A DNA stretch of 22,046 nucleotides from Breznakia sp. PF5-3 (GTDB taxonomy: Bacteria > Bacillota_I > Bacilli_A > Erysipelotrichales > Erysipelotrichaceae), in the NCBI RefSeq assembly GCF_029504745.1, contig NZ_JAQFIQ010000039.1:1-22046 (forward strand). The letters are read 5' to 3'. Positions 16,744 through 22,046 of the stretch are shown piece after piece. The position numbers were made by a program, and so were the translations under genes. Below the pieces are notes generated by a model. That model did not search any database. It had not been told where the DNA came from and saw only the letters and a program-made list of their open reading frames with translations. Within the stretch, counting starts at the first letter, position 1, and each line of letters starts with the position of its first letter.

Positions 16744-17757
16744 CTATTTTGTTAAATAATCTTCTATATTAAAACCTTCATCAACTTCAAAATCTTTTTC
16801 TGAATATAATTTTAATTCTTCATTCAATTTATCGATCACGTGATAAATTACATATGCTCTACTTTCTTCCAAATCGAAATCTAAATTCCCATACATATTT
16901 TTTAATCTTTTATAAATTGCTTCTGCTTGTACTGTATTTACACTCTCATATGTTGATGTAGGATGAAAAATATCCTCGATATTATTATTACCTTCTAATA
17001 TTGCTTCCTTATTATCATGTGCATTAATAATTTCTATAAGTTTATCTAATTCTTCTATATAACTATCAAAATCATTGTAAAAAAGCACTCTAAAATACAT
17101 TGGCAAATAATTACTAGCATTTTCATCTAAGTCTATATCGGGATTATCTAAAATATATTCGAAGTTTTTTTGAGGAGAATATAATTTAATCATTGCTTTA
17201 GAATCGACAACCATATTGAATGTTTCCATTTTATCATTAAAATAAATATCTATTGTTACATTTTTTAAATCATATTTCTCTTTATCATTTATAAATGCTT
17301 CATTGATATCGATATCTTCTATTGAAAAACTCTTCAGTTTTACAAAAGTTGTTGAATCATAAATCAAGTTTTCTAAATCATCCAGTGTTACAGTATTAAT
17401 TTCACAAGAATTATTGTTGATTTCACAATAACTAATATCTATTTTATTAATCACTTCGTATTTTTTGCCTTTTAAAACTAGATCAAATGTACACTCTTTA
17501 CTATTATATGGATCATACCAGATATATTTCATATCTAACGCTTTTCCTTCAACTATTAGTTCAGGAGATTCTTTATAAAATCGGTCTATTTCTTTTTTTT
17601 CTGTTTCGCTCACTTTCTCAGTTAACTTTATTTCCGTTAACTGTTCATTTTCAATGATATTTTTTATAAAAACTAAAACTATACATCCTAAAATAAAAAT
17701 TAAGACTATCCCTAAAATAATAAAATCCTTTTTTACTCTACTTTCATGTTTACTCAT
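16744..17757 (-). CDS. N-terminally membrane-anchored protein of unknown function
   Basis: This is a 337-aa ORF with an AGGAG SD. DFIILGIVLIFILGCIVLVFI is a single transmembrane segment. Confidence 0.75.
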   Translation of the reverse strand: MSKHESRVKKDFIILGIVLIFILGCIVLVFIKNIIENEQLTEIKLTEKVSETEKKEIDRFYKESPELIVEGKALDMKYIWYDPYNSKECTFDLVLKGKKYEVINKIDISYCEINNNSCEINTVTLDDLENLIYDSTTFVKLKSFSIEDIDINEAFINDKEKYDLKNVTIDIYFNDKMETFNMVVDSKAMIKLYSPQKNFEYILDNPDIDLDENASNYLPMYFRVLFYNDFDSYIEELDKLIEIINAHDNKEAILEGNNNIEDIFHPTSTYESVNTVQAEAIYKRLKNMYGNLDFDLEESRAYVIYHVIDKLNEELKLYSEKDFEVDEGFNIEDYLTK

Positions 17758-17985
17758 TTTTTCTCCTATTTTAGATTATGTATATTTCTATTTCATTCCA
17801 CTTGTATCTTTTTTAATTCCATTATACAACAATATAACATAAAATTAATCTGATCGTTTTCTATAATTAATAAATTCTATCAACCATTAAAAAGCTCTTA
17901 AACAATTTTAAAAATAATACGTTAGTATAGATTCAAAATTTAGGTTAAGCAAATCTAGAATAGCCTATTTTTTATTTCTTGATTT

Positions 17986-18365
17986 CTAGCTGATTGGTTT
18001 TATATTTCCTTTATCCCATTCTTTAAGAAACATTTCTGCATTAAATCTAAATAGAGGATGATACTCATCATTATTTTTTACTTCCTCTAATTTTTCTCTT
18101 GCTAACTTAGAAGAAATATTGAGTTTAAGCATTTGTGCACTACATGTTATCAATGTACTTGGACTTATTGTTGTATTAAGAATTTCGTTATAAAAGATTT
18201 CTCTATCCTTTAGACTACTTTTTTTGCTATTTCAAATATTTTTTCTAATTTTTTAAATGCTTTATTACTACTTTTACTATCACCACTTAAAGTTGATTTA
18301 TCTTTACATTCTCCAAGACTTAAAAAAACATTTAAATAATCATATAATTTTTTTTCATTTTCCAT
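17986..18365 (-). pseudogene. DUF2019-like immunity gene, frameshifted
   Basis: GGAGACAAT precedes the ATG at 18365. MENEKKLYDYLNVFLSLGE...IAKK then stops. SSLKDREIFYNEIL...AREKLEEV...FNAEMFLKEWDKGNI continues in another frame. The switch maps to T7 at 18219..18225. Confidence 0.55.
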
Positions 18366-18456
18366 ATTGTCTCCTATAATTTAAACATTACAGTATAATT
18401 CCATATTTTTAAAATATCTGTCCCGTATTGATATCTTGCTCTAAAAAACACCATTT

Positions 18457-19410
18457 TTATCCATCCTCCGACAAACTTATATATCTACAAATTTCTACAT
18501 CATTATTATTTTCAAAAATCACCATATTTGTTTCTCTAATAAAATCCATATTGTTTATTGGAATCCTCCCTTTATAGGTGTCAACAATATCAAGCGTATC
18601 AGGATTAATAATATTTATTTTACCAAGTACCTCATATTTATCAATAACCTTAAAATTATTCAATGATATAATTTTTATTTCCCCATCTATCTCATACATT
18701 AAATAATTACTTTTTTCATTTATTACAAAATCAATTGGCGTTGTTCTATCTATTGTTTTATCAAAATAAACTATTTTCATATTTTTTTTAATTGATACAT
18801 GTTTTTTCCCAGAAATAACTAGATATTTCAAAGACTTGTAATACTTGAAAATGTCATCATTAGAACTAAAAACATCTAATTCTACTAAATCATTTTGTGC
18901 CAAATAAAATGATTTAGTCATAAATTTTTTTGACTTCATTGGCAATTCAGTTGTTACAATAAAATAAGTCTTTTCCGTATTCAATCTACTGATTACATGT
19001 AGTTTTGAATCAAGTGATTGTTCCATAATTTTTTCTTCATCGCAGTTCCATTGTATTAATTTATTTTTATGCTTTTCCCCCTCAAAATAAGAAAATTGAA
19101 GATACATTTTATTTGATACCATTGTTATAACATCCATTGTTATGCTATCTTCCATTAATTCTAATACTTTTTCTACAGAATCATTAATAAAATCTATTTT
19201 TAATACATAATGATTATTGAAAAATACAAATAAACAATTATCATCTTCAGAAAAACACCCAGCAGAAGGGTAATCTATTCTTAATTCATATATTTTTTCA
19301 TTGCTTGAATTATAAACCCTTACATACTTGGCAACATAAAGGGCGTATAACCCTTTACTATATGATGTTGCCAATAAAGAAGTCCTCCTATATTTTTTAA
19401 TAAGCTTCAT
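18457..19410 (-). CDS. Beta-rich repeat protein, paralog of 1444..2385
   Basis: The second ATG (19410) is 8 nt from AGGAG. The 250 nt at the 5' end differ from the paralog at only about 8 positions by eye. Confidence 0.75.
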   Translation of the reverse strand: MKLIKKYRRTSLLATSYSKGLYALYVAKYVRVYNSSNEKIYELRIDYPSAGCFSEDDNCLFVFFNNHYVLKIDFINDSVEKVLELMEDSITMDVITMVSNKMYLQFSYFEGEKHKNKLIQWNCDEEKIMEQSLDSKLHVISRLNTEKTYFIVTTELPMKSKKFMTKSFYLAQNDLVELDVFSSNDDIFKYYKSLKYLVISGKKHVSIKKNMKIVYFDKTIDRTTPIDFVINEKSNYLMYEIDGEIKIISLNNFKVIDKYEVLGKINIINPDTLDIVDTYKGRIPINNMDFIRETNMVIFENNNDVEICRYISLSEDG

Positions 19411-19455
19411 TTGCATTCTCCTTCACTACCTTTATTTTTTTATTAGTTCCAAACT

Positions 19456-19597
19456 TTATTCCTTAATAGTTTGTAAATCTATCATATATCTTTCTGAATC
19501 TAAAAATTCTACTTCATAAATAAAATAACCTCGTCTGTATATACAATGACTCCTTCCATATTCCTTTTAATTTTACCATGAATATCTTTAGTTACTA
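19456..19597 (-). pseudogene. Decayed toxin-CT remnant behind a junction box
   Basis: No frame stays open across this region. The pieces KVVTKDIHGKIKRNMEGVIVYTDEVILFMK and RGYFIYEVEFLDSERYMIDLQTIKE lie in different frames. Confidence 0.3.
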
Positions 19598-19619
19598 CTT
19601 TCCGAACTCTATCCAAAAA
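19598..19619 (-). repeat. Junction box
   Basis: The minus strand reads TTTTTGGATAGAGTTCGGAAAG. Confidence 0.75.
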
Positions 19620-19708
19620 GTTCACCATCAATTATATAAAAAGAATCAATTCTTAGCTTCAATAATGAGCTAGAACTGAGGCTTTCTTCAATGCTTTAAT
19701 AACTGTAA

Positions 19709-20089
19709 TTAGTAATCAGTTGGATAGGCCTTAATTTTTAAGATTTTGATTTGAATAATACTGTTGATAGGAAATGCTTTCCCCTCAGTAATAAAAGTAA
19801 TAATACTGTTATTTAAACGTAGTACAGTAAATCCATCACTATCAGTTTCTTCTAATTTGCCTTGAATTACAATATCATCTTGTATTTGTCTAATCTGAAG
19901 CGTATTGTTTGTTGCTAATGATATATCTGTATTCCAAGTTAGATTTTTATCAATGTCTAATTCAACATCTACTTCTGCACCAATTACTGGTAACTCACCA
20001 TCCCAAATGACATTGAATTCTCCATACTTTGATTTAACCCGTATATTTCTTTTTTGTTTATTATTATATGATAAAATTTTTAACTCCAT
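19709..20089 (-). CDS. Candidate immunity protein
   Basis: The track ORF is over-extended. The ATG at 20089 (MELKILSYNN) follows TAAGGAG, and that SD overlaps the toxin stop at 20100. Confidence 0.7.
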   Translation of the reverse strand: MELKILSYNNKQKRNIRVKSKYGEFNVIWDGELPVIGAEVDVELDIDKNLTWNTDISLATNNTLQIRQIQDDIVIQGKLEETDSDGFTVLRLNNSIITFITEGKAFPINSIIQIKILKIKAYPTDY

Positions 20090-20099
20090 TTGTTTCTCC

Positions 20100-20426
20100 T
20101 TATGGTATGATTCTTTGTAATATATTGGACACATTCATAACATCATTTACAGAGTCATAGGTCCATGTTTCAAAGTGAAAGTGACCTTTTGGAGTACCCA
20201 TGCTTCCCATTTCATGATTTCCAAATCGAATACTTCTTGTTCCATCTGCAGAGAATATTCGATTATTATCAACAAGTCCAGTTCGTGGATTTATATTAGT
20301 TTGGTTTTTACCTAAATAATTATCCCATGAATTTACAACATCGGATGATTTCATTGCATTTGGTGCTTTAGTTTCAGGTAATGTATTAACTTTCGTATTA
20401 GCACTTGGTTGATGATTCCCCGAACC
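20100..20426 (-). CDS. Orphan toxin-CT module with a His-rich metal-site-like motif
   Basis: The frame opens in the box (GSGNHQPSANTKV...), and the track ORF starts at an internal ATG (20354) with no SD. The motif is SIRFGNHEMGSMGTPKGHFHFETW. Confidence 0.6.
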   Translation of the reverse strand, partial: GSGNHQPSANTKVNTLPETKAPNAMKSSDVVNSWDNYLGKNQTNINPRTGLVDNNRIFSADGTRSIRFGNHEMGSMGTPKGHFHFETWTYDSVNDVMNVSNILQRIIP

Positions 20427-20437
20427 CTATCCAAAAA
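20414..20437 (-). repeat. Junction box
   Basis: The minus strand reads TTTTTGGATAGGGTTCGGGGAATC. Confidence 0.8.
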
Positions 20438-20467
20438 CTAGTTTAAATCATTTTTATATTTATTATA

Positions 20468-20767
20468 TCAAAATAAGGCTTTTATACTCATTTCATTCCA
20501 ACAATCAATAAAAAAATCACCATCTGTTCTTCCCTGAACAATAACACTCCAAATATCATTAAAGCGTTCAGTACTATCTTCAAAAGAGAAAAGAATTTTA
20601 TTATCTAAATGAGTTATGCTTATACTCTTATTATTATATATTAATTCTATTTCCCTTCCCATTTCAATCAGTTTCATTAGCGCAGCAATCGAATGATTGT
20701 TTAGTAGTTCCTTTGTTAACGCCTCATGTAATATTATGTTGTTTCTTTTAATTTCTTCTTTATTCAT
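20468..20767 (-). CDS. Candidate immunity protein
   Basis: The ATG at 20767 (MNKEEIKRNN) lies 4 nt after the toxin stop, and the SD AAGGGAG sits inside the last toxin codons. The track ORF start (20860) is an over-extension. Confidence 0.7.
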   Translation of the reverse strand: MNKEEIKRNNIILHEALTKELLNNHSIAALMKLIEMGREIELIYNNKSISITHLDNKILFSFEDSTERFNDIWSVIVQGRTDGDFFIDCWNEMSIKALF

Positions 20768-20771
20768 TTTT

Positions 20772-21137
20772 TTACTCCCTTGGTGGATTTTTTGTCCAAT
20801 CCAAATAATGTTCATGTGGAAATATATGGTTATTGTTAGGATCATTATGTTTAAAATCAATATCTTTAATTACATTTCCATTCTCATCATAAAATCTTCG
20901 TTGTAGTAATTCCTTAGTATTTTTATCATAAAGGTCTGTACTTGAATTAGGTTCCCCTTTCGTATCCAAATTATCATGTGAATCCCCATATTTATCAGTG
21001 TGATTATTCATTTTATCTGTTTGCTTTTTCCAATCAGCATTCGAACCCTTATTCTTGTTTTTAGAATTTTCTGAATCACTTGATGTTGTAGAGTTAGAAT
21101 TCAACTGTGTATTTGTCTTATTCTTGCGCCTTCTTAA
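20772..21137 (-). CDS. Orphan toxin-CT module retaining about 30 codons of low-complexity linker
   Basis: The frame is open from 21137, and the track uses a TTG at 21104. It reads NSNSTTSSDSENSKNKNK-GSNADW..., then RRFYDENGNVIKDIDFKHNDPNNNHIFPHEHYLDW. The junction box is read in frame at 21038..21057. Confidence 0.6.
   Translation of the reverse strand, partial: LRRRKNKTNTQLNSNSTTSSDSENSKNKNKGSNADWKKQTDKMNNHTDKYGDSHDNLDTKGEPNSSTDLYDKNTKELLQRRFYDENGNVIKDIDFKHNDPNNNHIFPHEHYLDWTKNPPRE
21038..21057 (-). repeat. Junction box, in-frame variant
   Basis: The minus strand reads CAAGAATAAGGGTTCGAATG. This is read as N-K-G-S-N inside the open frame of 20772..21137. Confidence 0.55.
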
Positions 21138-21241
21138 CTATGGGGTGGATACATATTTTCATCTGGACTTACAGCTTTATCTTTATATCCTACTAAAAGG
21201 ATACAAGGCAAGATTGCAATTAGTTAATTAAATATTTTAAT

Positions 21242-21898
21242 CTATTTAAATGGATATTTCATTTTTTTAATATTTTCGTCAATATTGGATTTAAGAAAAT
21301 CCATACAAGCTCTTTCGTCATGAAATACCATTTTAGGTATTTCACTTAATTCTTTTCTATTTAGATCAATAAAATAAAAATCTTTTTCATTTTCGTTTAA
21401 AATATCAAAATTTTCTATAGTATAATCATAGTTTTTTTTAGCTTCTCTATAATTTTTGCTATGTAAATTTATAAGGATTTTTATATAGTGTTGGAAAAAC
21501 AAAATTTTATCTTCACTTAATTTTATTATCTCTTTAGAATCTTTAAATTTATTAAATTCTGGAATGATTTTTTCTTTGATAATATTATAAAAATCATCAA
21601 ATGCTTTTTCGCAATCTGCCTCTGTTTCTAATGGCCACCAATGATCTTTTCCATAAACTAATTGTCCAAACCTTCTACTTGTTTCGAATCGAGTTGCTAA
21701 ATATGGTTGATATAATAAAGAAAAACCGTAATTTCCTGTTACCTCTTTTCCATCGCTGAATCGCTGTATATGAATCTCTTCAACAACATCATACTCTGTT
21801 TTTCTCACAAAAAAGGTTGATTTCCATTTTTGAAATCCTAATTCCTTCATCTTTTTCGTAAATACTCGCATCTGCTTATTATATATTTTTGTATCCAT
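21242..21898 (-). CDS. DUF4304-like immunity-type protein, paralog of 4560..5213
   Basis: The ATG at 21898 (MDTKIYNKQMRVF) follows GAGGGGGA. The 22 extra codons in the track ORF have no SD. Confidence 0.7.
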   Translation of the reverse strand: MDTKIYNKQMRVFTKKMKELGFQKWKSTFFVRKTEYDVVEEIHIQRFSDGKEVTGNYGFSLLYQPYLATRFETSRRFGQLVYGKDHWWPLETEADCEKAFDDFYNIIKEKIIPEFNKFKDSKEIIKLSEDKILFFQHYIKILINLHSKNYREAKKNYDYTIENFDILNENEKDFYFIDLNRKELSEIPKMVFHDERACMDFLKSNIDENIKKMKYPFK

Positions 21899-22046
21899 AT
21901 TATTCCCCCTCGTATAATATGTAATGTAATCAAACAGAAGCATCGCCTTCCATATCGATTGCATTTACACTCTAATTAATAGATAATAGATTCGTTTTGA
22001 ATGAAGGTTTTATTTTTCCTCCTTGTGGCTTATAAAGTCCACTTTA

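Noticed and set aside
17821-17826. A TATAAT hexamer (minus strand) 64 nt upstream of the 16744..17757 start, as a promoter -10 element.
   Set aside because: There is no acceptable -35 at 16-18 nt spacing (ATTAAT), and TATAAT-like hexamers are frequent by chance in sequence this AT-rich. It is not reported as a feature.
13602-20437. The in-frame TAG in the box as a recoded codon (pyrrolysine or read-through), or as part of a programmed frameshift site.
   Set aside because: TAG is used as an ordinary stop by many genes in this same window. Nothing coding lies upstream of the TAG to be read through from. No slippery heptamer or downstream structure is conserved. Untranslated spacer is the simpler reading.
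1571-20906. All plus-strand track ORFs (1571..1777, 2983..3216, 4207..4488, 4564..4767, 6572..6829, 8202..8393, 10109..10378, 12498..12776, 13004..13306, 14521..14712, 16341..16529, 16474..16662, 17654..17842, 19905..20120, 20697..20906).
   Set aside because: Each lies antisense to a longer, better-supported minus-strand gene. Their products are F/I/L/S-rich low-complexity strings, typical of the reverse strand of AT-rich coding sequence. None has a convincing SD.
12221-21057. The junction boxes plus hairpins as integron attC sites (a co-oriented array of promoterless cassettes).
   Set aside because: The box does not fit the GTTRRRY / RYYYAAC core sites (it has GTTCGGA). The hairpin is local and does not pair with the box, apart from a trivial GAAC/GTTC 4-mer. 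No intI-like gene is present. The cassette analogy is kept only as a hypothesis for testing.
12859-21057. The GGTTCGAAT / GGGTTCGGAT core of the box resembles the tRNA T-arm/T-loop consensus, suggesting tRNA-derived sequence or a tRNA-like attachment site.
   Set aside because: No complementary stem follows the loop, no other tRNA arms can be drawn, and the match is only about 9 nt.
20468-21964. N-terminal extensions and overlaps implied by the track (20468..20860 overlapping 20772..21104, 19709..20134 overlapping 20100..20354, 21242..21964).
   Set aside because: In each case an internal ATG is preceded by a strong SD and placed just after the upstream stop codon. That gives a non-overlapping, better-supported start. 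The extensions are artefacts of longest-ORF calling.
1-22046. CRISPR arrays, tRNA/rRNA genes, IS elements, and prophage or conjugative modules.
   Set aside because: I saw no regularly spaced direct repeats with unique spacers, no structured RNA signatures, no terminal inverted repeats and no transposase, integrase or phage-like ORFs on either strand.

Overview
This is a very AT-rich window in which every credible gene (about 40) lies on the minus strand. Strong AGGAG-type Shine-Dalgarno (SD) sites suggest a low-GC Gram-positive or Fusobacterium-like host, but I cannot assign a taxon. I found no rRNA or tRNA genes, CRISPR array, transposase, integrase or secretion-machinery gene. The content matches what is normally found downstream of a polymorphic-toxin gene. 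It holds many small immunity-type proteins, six lipoproteins and several membrane-anchored proteins. Family labels (SUKH/SMI1-KNR4-like, DUF4279-, DUF4926-, DUF1871-, DUF2019-, DUF4304-, CPCC-like) come from remembered motifs only; no search was run. Between about 12.2 and 21.1 kb there are at least nine toxin C-terminal modules that lack their own start codon. Each is tightly coupled to a downstream immunity ORF that has its own SD. The most interesting signal is that each module opens with the same ~20-nt junction box (minus-strand consensus TTGGATAGGGTTCGGATAAGAA). The box sits directly after the previous immunity gene, usually carries a TAG in the toxin frame, and contains two direct GGATA(A)G half-sites. 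Three copies also share a conserved hairpin-plus-spacer just upstream. Decayed relics of the box and of toxin 3' ends occur down to coordinate ~100, so the whole window looks like one long, partly eroded cassette array. The full-length toxin gene expected upstream (beyond 22046) is not in the window. Two paralog pairs about 17 kb apart have ~97% identical 5' ends that break abruptly into divergent 3' parts. At least seven ORFs are interrupted exactly at A/T homopolymers, which could be sequencing error, decay or phase variation. All plus-strand ORFs in the track look like antisense artefacts.
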